Shown one piece after another: positions 1 through 12,831 of a DNA stretch of 64,000 nucleotides. How positions within the stretch are numbered: position 1 is the first letter of the stretch; the number at the start of each line of letters is the position of its first letter. Under the pieces are notes generated by a model. The model made no database searches and had not been told where the DNA came from. It was given only the letters and a program-made list of their open reading frames with translations. Position numbers and translations under genes: made by a program. Source of the stretch: Mobula hypostoma (lineage: Eukaryota); contig NC_086097.1 in the NCBI RefSeq assembly GCF_963921235.1, forward strand, positions 222,272,001-222,336,000, given 5' to 3'.

Positions 1-980
1 GGGACCTCTACTCTTTGTGATTTTTATAAATGACCTGCATGAGGAAGTGGAGGGATGGGTTAATAAATTTGCTGATGACACAATGGTTGGAGGTGTTGTG
101 GATAGTGTGGAGGGCTGTCAGCTGTTACAGCGGGACGTCAATAGGATGCAAAACTGGGCTGAGAAGTGGCAGATGGAGTTCAACCCAGATAAGTGTGAGG
201 TGGTTCATTTTGGTAGGTTAAATATGATGGCAGAATATAGTATTAAGGGTAAGACTCTTGGCAGTGTGGAGGATCAGGGGGATCTTGGGGTCTGAGTCCA
301 TAGGACACTCAAAGCTGCTGCACAGGTTGACTGTGGTTAAGAAGGCAGACGGTGTATTGGCATTCATCCACCGTGGGATTGAGTTCAAGAGCCGAGCAGT
401 AATGTTACAGCTGTATAAAACCCTGGTCAGACCTCACTTGGAGTACTGTGCTCAGTTTTGGTCGCCTCACTACAAGAAGGATGTGGAAGTCATAGAAATG
501 GTGCAGAGGAGATTTACAAGGATGTTGCCTGGATTGGGGAGCATGCTTAATGAGAATAGGTTGAGTGAACTCAGCCTTTTCTCCTTGGAGCGACGGAGGA
601 TGAGAGGTGACCTGATAGAGATGTATAATATGATGAGATGCATTGAACATGTAGATAATCAGAGGCTTTTTCCCAGGGCTGAAATAGCTAACATGAGAGG
701 GTACAGTTTTAAGGTGCTTGGAAGTAGGTACAGAGGAAATGTCAGGGCTACATTTTTAACGCAGAGAGTGGTGAGTGCGTGGAATGGGCTGCCGGCGACA
801 GTGGTGGAGGTGGATACAATAGGGTCTTTTAAGAGGCTCCTGTATAGGTACATAGAGCTTAGAAAAATAGAGGGCTATGAGTAACCCTTGGTAATTTCTA
901 AAGTAAGGACATGTTTGGCATATCATTGTGGGCCGAAGGGCCTGTATTGTGCTGCAGGTTTTCTATGTTTCTATGTCTAT
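1..980 (+). mobile_element. CR1 LINE, 3' part of ORF2 plus 3' UTR (runs off window start)
   Basis: ORFs 17-295 (FADD-type RT motif, WAEKWQMEFN) and 258-884 (LYKTLVRPHLEYC, RRMRGDLIE); ends in a (TTCTATGT)n tail at ~961-980. Confidence 0.93.
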
Positions 981-1099
981 TTTGTGTCAGTTGTGACAAA
1001 TACCTGGGTTCAGATTCTGCACTTGGACTTATAAATCTAGAGACCCCAAACTTTGCACAGAAAATTGACCTGCAGATTAATGTATTGCAGCACAACCTT

Positions 1100-1450
1100 T
1101 TAGGTGTTGTGAGGACTCAGAACTTGAGTTATAAGGAAAGACTAGGTAGTAGGGACTCATTTTCCTGGAGCAAAGTTGGCTTAGGGATGACCTTATAGTG
1201 GTTTATAAAATTATGAAAGGAATAAATAAGATGGATTGGCACGGTGTTTCCGTTCAGGACAGGGAAATCTAAAACTAGTGAGCATAAGTTGAAAGTGAAA
1301 GAAGAAAGAATTTAAAGAGAAGCCGAAAGACAGGCTAACCCATGCAGCAGGTGGTGAATTTACAAGAGGAAGTGTTAGAGGTGCATAAAATTATAATACT
1401 CAGAAGATATTCAGACAGGTAATGGATAGAAAAGGTTTACAGGTATATAA
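1100..1450 (+). mobile_element. Degenerate CR1 3' fragment
   Basis: Decayed similarity to the CR1 ORF2 C-terminus (gagttataaggaaagactagg, ggggatgaccttatag, aaaactagtgagcataag). Confidence 0.6.
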
Positions 1451-3559
1451 TCTTGATGTCCCTCCAGACAACTCTGTACAGCTACAACACTGGCCTCTAT
1501 TCAGAGATACAGAAAATTGCCCAAGTAAGATTTCTCCAATTTGGCTAACTATTACCCTGCTAAACTAAGAACACCCAGCAACTCTTTTCCTTTTTGAGGA
1601 GAAAAGAAAAAAAATAACTGATTTCTTAAAATTTCTCAAGTAGACAAATTGTAATTATAATCATAGACTGGATTAATTAGAATCACAAGTGTGTTGTGTG
1701 TTTTAAGAAGTCAGAAGGCAAGTACAGTTGCCTAGGTGAGACATTCCATGGAATAGAAGCAATGGTGGGCAATAATGGCTGATAGCGCATTACTGGGAAA
1801 AGAAGGATGAATCTCTGCCACCTGTCTAATTTGAACAGGCATATATTTTCAATATAGAAGTCTCCTCTAAATCACAGTCTTTACTTTATGTATTGTGGTG
1901 ACAACATAATTAATTAACTCACTAAGCTCAAGAAAAGCCAGCTTCTGCAGCACCCAGCAATTAAAAAAACTACAGCAGTAGGAGCAAATGCCAAGCAAAT
2001 ATAGAAACAGTTCTCAAATTCCTGAATGCCAAGAATGAATAATGGGATAATGAATCATGAGGAATCTGAATTGAGAAAGAACAAGAAACATATTTGCTGT
2101 TATAGAAATCACAGTTACAAGGGCAACTAACATAATCATTCATTTTAACCTAAAGCTAGAAATAACAAGAATAAATTTAGGCTTCAGGCAACCATGCAAG
2201 GGTTTAATTTTATTGCATTACCGCCCCTCCCAAGTATAGTGGGTGCAGGAAGAATACAGTGGCGGCAGATCAGAGATATTACTGAATCAGTAATGCTGGT
2301 GTCTCACCTAACCATCCAGGCACCTGGGTTCAAAAGCAATTATGATAACCATGCAGTTTAAATTCAATGAATAAATTGACAAAACCACCAGATTATTATA
2401 CACCAGACTTCCAACTTTCATTGCATTTTCCATCCTTCTCCCCCTTTCTGCTGATCTATTACCTGGTTTACTCTTAACTGCTCTTATTTTCCAGAATTGG
2501 GTTTTGAACAATATTTACTAAATGCCCAAGATTTCCATTGCCACTTCAACTATATCACCTCCCAATCCACTCCCTACAAGGATCTTCCTCTATTCATCCT
2601 GTTTAAACATCTCACAATTGTTCCTTCTATAGCTGCATCTTGCGTATGTCTTCCATTTTCCTCAGCTAAAGACTCCCCTCAAATTTGATTGGCTGTTGCT
2701 TTGATCATTCATACCAATTGCCATCTTTCTATTCTCACCCCTTCCCTTCAGGACTCTTTGTGTCATTCCCCAGTATGCACTGTCAATGGATCACTTTTCA
2801 GAATTCCTGACACTTCCTGAGTGATGCAACTACAAAATATACCTTTCCCACTCGGAACAGACAGTCCCAACTCGGCATCAAGCTCCATGTCTTAACCAAC
2901 ATTTTCCTGCCCCAGTATCTGCCTAAAAGCTGACTCATCAACTTTTTCACTTCGATTTTTTAAAAAATCACAAGACATAATTGTCTTGTCTCACTTCTCA
3001 GATGTAGAAAAGCAATTAAATTCACTTTTATTCTTTGCCCCAATTTTCTCTACCTTACCACCTCTCAGCTTCTAATGCTGATTGAAGGGCAATGTTAACT
3101 CAATTAATCACTCTTCATTATTTGCTGAAATGCATTCCAAGCTCAAAATAATGATTGTTATACCTATTTACACTTCCTCTTTATATGTCCTATCACCATT
3201 TGTCCTTGCTTTGCAACACAGTCCCTTGACCATTTAGGTACACCCATCAAGATTCTCCTTACTGTCTATACTGACAACGCAATAGTATGCTAAATTGGGG
3301 ATAAATAAGTAATTGCCCTGTTGAAAAAATTCAGTGATTACAGTGACATAGTGGTTATATTCATGTACTCTAACTTGCATGCAACTATATTGCACTCATA
3401 GCATTTTTCTGTAGCAATAATCCTGCCTTTTTTTAAAAAAAAAAGGTAACTTTGGTCTCCTCTCTGCTTTAAGCAGTCTTTGTCAAGCCAAGCAAATGCT
3501 TTTCCCCACCTCCAACTAATAGATTGACACAATTATACCAGTACCACAAGCCTCATATC

Positions 3560-3715
3560 TCCAGTGATCCCAGTTCAATTCTACCTTCAATGTTACCCCT
3601 GCAGAGTTTGCACGTGCTCCCTATGATTACATAGGTTTCCTCCAGGCTCTCCAGCTTCCTCCCACATGCAGGGTGGGCTGCTTGGCAGATTAATTGGCTA
3701 ACATAAAAGATAACA
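3560..3715 (+). mobile_element. Degenerate V-SINE/HE1-like SINE
   Basis: V-domain-like core gagtttgcacgtgctcc...ggtttcctccaggctctccagcttcctcccaca at ~3604-3666. Confidence 0.6.
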
Positions 3716-3887
3716 AACTATATTTGTTGTAGGATTGGAGAAGTTATGGGCCGATGAGACGAGGGAGAATAGCTGCAAGGAAATAAGTACAGGAAGGAGG
3801 TTGGTGAGGTTGCTCGAACAGCACAGTCTCAAGGGGTTACATGGCCTCCAATCCCTATAAGGAAATACAAGGAATTTTTTTTAAAGA

Positions 3888-6830
3888 GTCAGTCATTGAA
3901 CACTACAGCACAGAAACAGGCCCTTCAGTCCATCTCTAGTCTGTGCCAAACCATTAATCTGCCCACTCCCATCAACCTGCACCTGGACTATAGTCCTCCA
4001 TTCCTCTCGCATCCATGAATCTATCCAAGATTCTCCTAAATTTTGAAATTGAGCCCGCATCCACCATTTGCACTAGCAGCTCATTCCACTCTCTCACCAC
4101 TCCCTGAGTGAAGTTCCCCCTCATGTTCCCCTTAAACATTTCATCTTTCATCCTTAACCCATGACCTCTAGTTGTAGTCTCACCCAACCTCAGTGGAAAA
4201 AGCCTTGTTGCATTTATCCTATCTATACTCTATACCCCTCATAATTTTTTATATCCCTATCAAATCTCCCCTCAATCTTTTATATTCTAAGGAATAAAGT
4301 CCTAAATTATTCAACTATTTCCTACAACTCAGGTCCTCAAGTCCTGGCAACATGCTTGTAAATTTTCTCTGCACTCTTTCAATCTTATTTAGATCTTTTC
4401 TGTAGGTAAGGGGACAAAACTGCACACAATACTCCAAACAAGGCCTTACAATGTTTTATACAATTTCAACATAACATCCCAACTCTTGTGCCCAATACAT
4501 TGACTTATAAAGGCCAATGTGCCAAAAGCTTTCTTTGTGAGCCTATCTACCCCTCTGTTCTACTGCACTCATTGTTCACCGTGGCCCTCCCAAAGTGCAA
4601 CACCTCACACTTGTCTGCATTAATTTCCATCTGCCATTTCTCAGCCCATTTTTCCAGCTGGTCTGAGGGAACACATTGTCACCCCCTGGGATTTATCTAT
4701 ACTAATTTGCCTGAAGACAGCAAACACCTCCTCCTCTGTAATCTGTACAGGGTCTATGACCTCATTGCTGCTTTGCCTCACTTCTATAGGCTCTGCGTCT
4801 GTCTCCTGAGTAAACACAGATGTCAAAAATTTTGCAACAGTCTGAGATCACTCTACAAATTTGCTTCTCTAAATCCTGCACACTGTTGGGTGGTCTATAA
4901 TATAATCCCATCAACAAGGTCATATATTTCTTATTCCTCAGTTTTACCAATAAAGCCTCACTAGATGAGCTCTCCAGTCTGTCCTGACTGAGAACTGCCA
5001 TGACATTTGCCTGACTTCTAATGCCACCCCCCCCCCAAACCCTGCTGCTCTGTCATGTCTAAAATAATGGAACATTGAGCTGCCAGTCCTGCAACCAGAT
5101 ATCACTAAAGTGTCATAATTCCACGTGCTGATCTGTGCCCTAAGCTCATTCACCTTTCCTACAATACTCATTGCATTGAAATATATGAAGCTCAGAACAT
5201 TAGCTCCTCCATGCTCGACATTTTGATTCCTGACTTTGTATGTAGGCTTAACAATATCTTTCTCCACAACCACTCCATTATCGGTTATGGCACTCTGGTT
5301 CAAACTCCCCTGTACAGCACGAGCAAACCTTCCTGCTAGGATAATAGACCCCTCCAGTTCAGATGCAAACCATCCCATCTATACAGGTCCCACCTTCCCT
5401 GGAGGAGATCCCAATGATTCAAAATCTGAAGCACTCCTGCATGCCAGGCTCAGGGACATTTTGGACTGAGTCCACAGTATTTGTATGAGTAGCAATCCTG
5501 AGATCGCAACCCTTTAACCTTTAACTTGGCACCCAACTCCCTGAACTCCATTTGCAGAACCTGCTCCTACCCATATCATTTACACTGACATAGACCTCAA
5601 CTTCTGGCTACTCACCCTCCCACTTAAGAATGGGAATGTGGGATTGAGTTTAGGAGCCAAGAGGTAATGTTGCAGCTATATAGGACCCTGGTCAGATCCC
5701 ACTTGGAGTACTGTGCTCAGTTCTGGTCGCCTCTCTATAGGAAGGCTGTGGAAACCATAGAAAGGGTGTAGAGGAGATTTACAAGAATGTTGCCTGGATT
5801 GGGGAGCATGTCTTATGAGAATAGGTTGAATGAACTTGGCCTTTTCTCCTTGAACCGACGGAGGATGAGAGGTGACCTGATAAAGGTGTATAAGATGATG
5901 AGAGGCATTGATCGTGTGGATAGTCAGAGGCTTTTTCCCAGGTCTGAGATGGCTAACATGAGAGGGCACAGTTTTAAAGTGCTTGGAAGTAGGTACAGAG
6001 GAGATGTCAGGGATAAGTTTTTACTTTTACGTGGAGGGTGGTGAGTGCGTTGAATGGGCTGCCGGCAACAGTGGTGGAGGCGAAAACAACAGGGTCTTTT
6101 AAGAGACTCTTGGACAGGTACATGGAGCTTAGAAAAATAGAGGGCTATGGGTAACCCTAGGTAATTTCTAAAGTAAGGACATGTTCAGCACAGCTTTGTG
6201 GGCTGAAGGGCCTGTATTGTGATGTAGGCTTTCTATGTTTCTAATGTTGCAGACGCAATCTGAAATGGCCCTGAACCTGGTATGCAGGAAGCAACATACC
6301 ATCCTGGAATCTTGTTCCCAAGAAAAGAACTTTGTTCTGTTCCCCTAACCAACGAATCCCCTATTACGACAGCTCGCCTCTTTTATCACCTTTCTTCTGA
6401 GCCACAGAGCCAGACTCAGTGTCAGAGACAGAGGCCTGACCGCTGTGGCTTTCCATTCCTAGGTCATCCCCCGCCCCCCAACATTATCCAAATCGGTATA
6501 CCTTTTGTTGAGGGGAATGGACACAGGGGTATCTACACTAGCTACCTATTGCCTTTTCCCCTCCTGATAGTCACTCATTTACCTGTGTCCTGCACCTTGG
6601 ATGTAACTATCTCCTTGTATGTCCTGTCTATCAACCCTTCAGCCTCCCAAATAATCCAAAGTTCATCCAGTACTGTCTCCAACTCCTTTCCACAGTCTCT
6701 TAGAAGCTGCAAGTGGATGCAGGTGTAGGCATCAGGGACACTGGAGATCTCCCTGCCTTCCCATGTCTCGCAAGAGACGCATTCCATTATCCTGCCTGGC
6801 ATTTCCACTACTCTAAATGTGTAATAAGAA
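3888..6830 (-). mobile_element. Internally deleted CR1 LINE with ORF1 remnant, interrupted by a younger CR1
   Basis: Minus-strand ORF2 C-terminus (3972-4187), endonuclease start (YFNAMSIVGKVNEL, 4944-5378) and ORF1 Cys-rich start (CVSCETWE...YTC, 6575-6808); 3' end resembles the element at 21248. Confidence 0.85.
5633..6243 (+). mobile_element. 5'-truncated CR1, same subfamily as 1-980, nested antisense in a CR1
   Basis: Very similar to ~372-975; ORF 5787-6044; TTCTATGT tail; host sequence resumes afterwards. Confidence 0.9.
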
Positions 6831-7179
6831 AGAATAAATAATGAAAAACAAATCTACTGGAGACCTACACCTCTGCATGAAGAGTCAAATCCTCAGCTAC
6901 CCACTCTAACACTGGCCCATTCACACAATGACTGCTCCGCTTAAACCTCGCTTCTTTTTATTGGACATTGCCAAATGTCTAATTATACGCAATCCAATGT
7001 CTCTGTGGGAACTGTGGCATGCAAAACGTGCAGAGTTCACCCACTCACTTCTTTTAAACTCTCTCTCAGTCTACACAATCCATGTCTCCTCAGGAACTGT
7101 AGGATGCAAGATGAAATGTAGATCTCTGATTTGTCCATTTATGGTGACAGTTGTTGTCCTTAAATGCTTACTTTTTCTA

Positions 7180-7936
7180 TTCATTGTGGACTTCAGGAAG
7201 GGTAAGATGAAGGAACACATACCAATCTTCAGAGGGATCAGAGGTGGAGAGAGTGAGCAGCTTCAAGTTCCTGGGTGTCAAGATCTCTGAGCACCTAACC
7301 TTGCCCCAAAATATCGATGCAGTTATAAAGAAGGCAAAACAGCCGCTACACTTCATTAGGAGTTTGAAGAGATTCGCAATGCCAACAAAAACACTCAAAA
7401 CTTCTATAGATGTACCGTGGAGAGCATTCTGACAGGCTGCATCACGGTCTGGTATGGGGGGTGGGGGGGGCTACTGCACAGGATTGAAAGAAACTGCAGA
7501 GGATTGTAAATTTAGTTGGCTCCAACTTGGGTACTAGCCTAGAAAGTATCCGTGACATCCTCAAGGAGCGGTGTCTCAGAAAGGCAGCATCCATTATTAA
7601 GGACCTCCAGCACCCAGAGCATGAACTTTTCTCACTGTTAACATCGGGTAGGAGGTACAAAAAGTCTGAAGGCACACACTAAGCGATTCAGAAACAGTTT
7701 CTTCCCCTCTGCCATTCGATTCCTGTGAACATATTAAACCTGTGAACACTACCTCTCTTTTTTAATATATATATTCTGTTTTTGCACAATATTTAATCTA
7801 TTCAATATATGTATACTGTAATTGATTTACTTATTATTTTTATTTTCTTCTTCTGTATTATGTATTGCATTGAACTGGTGCTGCTAAGTTAACAAATTTC
7901 ACGACGCATGCCGGTGATAATAAACCTGATTCTGAT
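7180..7936 (+). mobile_element. Rex1/Babar-type LINE 3' fragment
   Basis: ERVSSFKFLGVKISE...AKQPLHFIRSLKRF motif; AT-rich 3' UTR ending aataaacctgattctgat. Confidence 0.8.
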
Positions 7937-8087
7937 CTTGACTTGCCAACCTGAGTACTTAAAATATTTCTGTACCTATTTCGCCATTTCTGTCTGTCAT
8001 TTGTATTCCATTTGGTGCCCATTTTTCAAGCACCACAGCAGATTTAAAAATTAACCATCAAGCACATTCCATTGTTCTAACATATAT

Positions 8088-8432
8088 GGGTGCTGTCCAA
8101 GTTGCATGCCATCTTGGCCAATGTCTCCCATCCACTACATAATGTACTGGTTGGGCACAGGAGTACATTCAGCCAGAGACTCATTCCACCGAGATGCAAC
8201 ACTGAGCGTCATAGGAAGTCATTCCTGCCTGTGGCCATCAAACTTTACAACTCCTCCCTTGGAGGGTCAGACACCCTGAGGCTGGTTCTGGACTTATTTC
8301 CTGGCATAGATTACATATTACTATTTAATTATTTATGGTTTTATTACTGTTTAATTATTTATGGTGCAACTGTAACGAAAACCAATTTCCCCCGGGATCA
8401 ATAAGGTATGGGTATGACTATGACTATGACTA
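8088..8432 (+). mobile_element. Rex1/L2-group LINE 3' end
   Basis: ILANVSHPLH...RCNTERHRKSFLPVAIKLYN C-terminal motif; aataa followed by a (TATGAC)n tail. Confidence 0.75.
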
Positions 8433-8745
8433 TATCATACTTATTGTTTCCTTTTGTCTTTATAGTCTTAGTTCTAACTTTCTCAATGAAAGTTCTTTAA
8501 TAAAATCAGTGCTTCTTGTTTCAAATTTAAATCATTTTTCCAGGTCAAATACCTTCTGCTTATGTTTATTTCACTTCTCTCAGAATATAATATTTGATTA
8601 TTTTGCAACTGTTGTAAAGCTAATTATTAGTACTGGCTGGTTTTGGAAGATTATTTGCAAATCAAATATATTTTACTCAAAATAGTTAATTCCTCTCATA
8701 TGCAGTTTCTATAAATTAAAGGGCAATGTGTTCACTTATTTACAT

Positions 8746-8882
8746 GCAAACAACAGGAATTCTGCAGATGCTGGAAATTCAAGCAACATACCTGACGAAG
8801 GGTCTCGGCCTGAAACGTCGACTGTACCTCTTCCTATAGATGCTGCTTGGCCTGCTGCGTTCACCAGCAACTTTGACGTATG
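8746..8882. mobile_element. Mini Penelope-like insert with internal inversion
   Basis: 14-bp TSD TCACTTATTTACAT (8732-8745 and 8883-8896); two oppositely oriented pieces of the terminal repeat seen at 52372-52510. Confidence 0.85.
8791..8823 (+). ncRNA. Minimal type I hammerhead ribozyme motif (core intact, 5' strand of stem I truncated)
   Basis: CTGACGA (8792-8798), stem II AGG...CCT, GAAAC, GTC cleavage triplet (8817-8819), GACT. Confidence 0.75.
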
Positions 8883-9559
8883 TCACTTATTTACATTCTG
8901 CTTTCCCTAAAAGGGTATCCAAGAGCAGGATCTTGATTTTAACTCCATCTCAGACATTAATGAATGGCTAGCAGCATTACAATCTCAACCTTTACCTCAG
9001 AAATCATTTTGAAACAGGCCTCATGTTAACACAGCTGAAAGGGCAACATTGCTGATCTGGTGGCGCTAATACTTTCAAGAAGTCTCATGGTGTAGCAGAT
9101 GAGAAAACAACTTTCATTCTGGGAATTGGATGAGCAATACTACTTTTCACTTGTCTTTTGGGAAAACAGAAAGAAATTGATTGGGTTTCTTACGGTCTTG
9201 GACCTCTGCCTTACAGTCTTCACTTGCCAGGAAAATCATTGTGACAACACAAGCTTGACCTACATATGCAAAAAAGGATTCTAGCATTTTTAACTTGGTT
9301 ATCTGCTATGCAAAGCAACTTGTAATTGTTGCCTCCTAGAGGCTCCAGAAGCAAAAATCTGAACTGAAACAAGAAGGCACAATGCAAAGTTTCTCTGCAA
9401 GAACAAGAATTTCTTTGCACCAGTATTTCTTGAGCATAAATAGTGGTGCAAAGTGGGATGGATTAGGTCCCCATAATAAACATGGACAGAAGCTTATTTA
9501 ATGTGCAAATGGCCACATTGTTTGAGGACAGTTTTGTTCACTTTCAGACAGACATCAGG

Positions 9560-10360
9560 GAATGCAAGTGCCCAAGAAGAACATGGCCAACTGCCTTGGC
9601 GACTATCGCTCAGTAGCATTTACATCCACAGTGCTGAAGTGTTTTAAGAGGTTGGTGATAAACCATATCAACTCCAGCCTGAGAAACGGCTTAGATCCGC
9701 TCCATTTTGCCATCTGGAGCAACAGGTCCACAGCAGATGCCATCTCATTGGCTCGTCACTTGACCCTGGAGTGTCTGGACAGCAAAAGTGCATACATCAG
9801 ATGTTCTTTATTAACTCAGCGTTCCATACCATCATTCTCTCCAAACTAATCAATAAGCACCTTGACTTTGGCCTCAATACTTCCTTGTACAATTGGATCT
9901 TTGATCTCCTCACACAACTTGGATTAGGAACATCTCCTCCACAATCTCCATCAGCACAGGTCCACCACAAGGCTGTCTGCTTAGCCCCCAGCTCAATTCA
10001 TTTTACACTTATGATTATGTGGCTAAGCACAGCTCCAATGCCATATTCAAATTTGCTGATGGTAATGCTATTGTAGGCGGAATCTAAAGTGGTGATGAAT
10101 CAGCATATAGGAGGGAGATTGTAAATCTGGCTGAGTGGTGCCTCCGGCAGCAACACTAAGAGATTGAAGACGTCTTTGAATGCTCACCCCTTTTGGTTGA
10201 ATCAGGTTTTCAATGCCCTAAAAGATATACCATCAGGGCCTGACATCTTACTCACTTCAAGACCAAGCAGCTGATTATTGACTTCAAGAGAAGGAAGCCA
10301 GAAGTCCATGAGCCAGTCCTCATCGGAAGATCAGAGGTGGAGAGGATCAACAATTTTAAA
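9560..10360 (+). mobile_element. Degenerate Rex1/Babar RT fragment with an inverted internal piece
   Basis: VPKK...DYRSVAFTSTVLKCFKRLV, NRSTADAIS, SAFHTII motifs; ~10141-10247 carries the upstream GPDG motif on the minus strand. Confidence 0.75.
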
Positions 10361-12831
10361 ATCTCATGGTATCAAAGGTCTGAACATTACAGGGAGTGGG
10401 GCGGAAGAGGGGAGAAAAGGATCAGCTATGATTGAATGGTGGAACAGACTCATTGGGCCAAATGGCCTAATTCTGCTCCTATGACTTATGGTTTTATGGT
10501 CTAGAATGAAAAGTTAATTGCTGGCTACTAAAGGTTCATGACTTTTAATCAATAATACATGAAGAGTTAAAATTGAATCAAGATAGATGCAACAGTTCTC
10601 TCAAGACAATGACTTCATTTTCCCATATCGTGCACTAAGTGCTAAGGAGCTGCAAGGGTAAAAAGACTTTGATGGGAATTATATACAGACCCCCAAACAA
10701 TAGTAAGGATGTAGTTTACAAGTTACAATGGGAGACAGAAAATACATGCCAAAAGGGCAATGTTGCAATTGTCATGGGGGATTTCAATATGCAGGTAAAG
10801 TGGGAAAATCAAGTTTGTGCAGAATTCCAAGTGAGGTAGTTTCTAGAATGCCTATGAGATACTCTTTTAGAGCAGCTTTGTGGTTGAGACCAGTAAGGGA
10901 TGAGCTATTCTCGATTGGGTGTTGTGTAATAAACCGGAATTGATTAGAGAGCTTAAGGTAAAATAACCCTCAGAGACAAGTGACCATAATATGATCGAAT
11001 TCACCCTGAAATTTGAGAAGGAGAAGCTAAAGTCAGATGTATCAGTATTACAGCGGAGTAAAGGAAATTACAGAGGCATGTGAGAAGACTTGGCCAGAAT
11101 TGATTGGAAAAGAGCACTGACAGGAATGACAGCAGAAGAGCAATGGCTGGAATTTCTGGAAGCAATTCAAAAGGCACGGGATACATACATCCCAAAGAGG
11201 AAGAAATATTCTAAAGGCAAAATGACACAACCATGGCTAACAAGGGAAGTCGAAGCCAACATTAAAGTCAAAGAGAGGGCATATAATAGAGCAAAGATTA
11301 GAGGGCAGTAAGGGGATTGGGAAGCTTTTAAATACCAACAGAAGGCAACTAACAAAGTCATTATGAAGTTAAAGATGGAATACTAAAGTAAGCTAGCCAA
11401 TAATATTAAAAGAAGATACCAAAAGTTCCTTCAGACACATAAACTGTAAAAAGAAGCAAGAGTGAATATTGGACCGCTGGAAATCAATGCTGGGGAGATA
11501 ATGGGGACAAGGAAAGGGCGGATGAACGGAATATATATTTGCACCTGTTTTCACTGTGGAAGACACTAACAGGATGGTAGAAGTTCCAGATGTCAAGGAC
11601 CATTAAGTACATGTAGATACAATTACCAGAGAGAAGGTTCTTGGGAAACTGAAAGGTCTGAAGGTAGGTAAGTCATTTTGACCAGATGGTGTACACCCCA
11701 GGGTTCTGAAATAGATGGCTGAAGAAATTGTGGAGGCATTAGTAATGATCTTTCAACAATCACTAGATTCTGGAATGATTCCAGAAGACTGGAAAATTGC
11801 AAATGTCACTCCACTCTTCAAGAAGGGAGAGAGGCAGAAGGAAGGAAACTATAGGCCAGTTAGTCTGAACTCAATAGTTGGAAAGACGTTGGAGTTGACT
11901 ATTAAGGATGATGTCTCAGGGTATTTGGTGGCACATGATCTTAGCCTGACCTCAATTGCTGGGAAGATGAGTCAATTGTTAAGGATGAGGTGATGGAGTA
12001 CTTGTTGACACAGGACAAGATAGGATAATGTCAGCATGGTTTCCTTCGGGGAAAATCCTGCCTTAATAACCTGTTGGAATTCTTTGAGGAGGTTACAAGT
12101 AGGATAGATAAAGGGGATGCAGTGAATGTTGTATATTTGGACTTTCAGAAGGCCTTTGACAGGGTGCCACACATGAGGCTGCTTACCAGGAGCCCGTGGT
12201 ATTACAGAAAAGTTACGAGGATTGTAAGAGCATTGGCTGATTGGAAGAAGACAGCGAGTGGGAATAAACAGATCCTTTTCTAGTTGGCTGCCAGTGACTA
12301 GTGGTGTTCCACAGGGGTTGGTGTTGGGACCACTTCTTTTTATGCTGTATATAAATGATTTAGATGATGAAATAGATGACTTTGTTGCCAAGTTTGCAGA
12401 TGATACGAAGATTGATGAAGGGGCAGGTAGTGTTGAGGAAACAGGTAGGTTGCAGAAGGACGTAGACAGATGAGGAGAATGGACAAGAGAGTGGCAAATG
12501 AAATATAATGTTGGAAAAATGTATGGTCATGCACTTTGGTAGTAGAAATAATTGTGTGGACTATTTTCTAAATGGGGAGAAAATCCAAAAATCTGAGATG
12601 CAGAGGGACTTGGGAGTCCTTTTGCAGAACACCGGAAAGGTTAACTTGCAGGTTGAGTCAGTGGTGAGGAAGGCAAATGCAATGTTAACATTCATTTCAA
12701 GACGTCTAGAATGCAAGAGCAGGGATGTGATACTAAGGCTTTATAAGGCACTGGTGAGGCCTCACCTTGAGTATTGTGTACAATTTTGGGCTCCTCATCT
12801 TAGAAGAGATGTGCTAGGATTGGAGAGAGTC

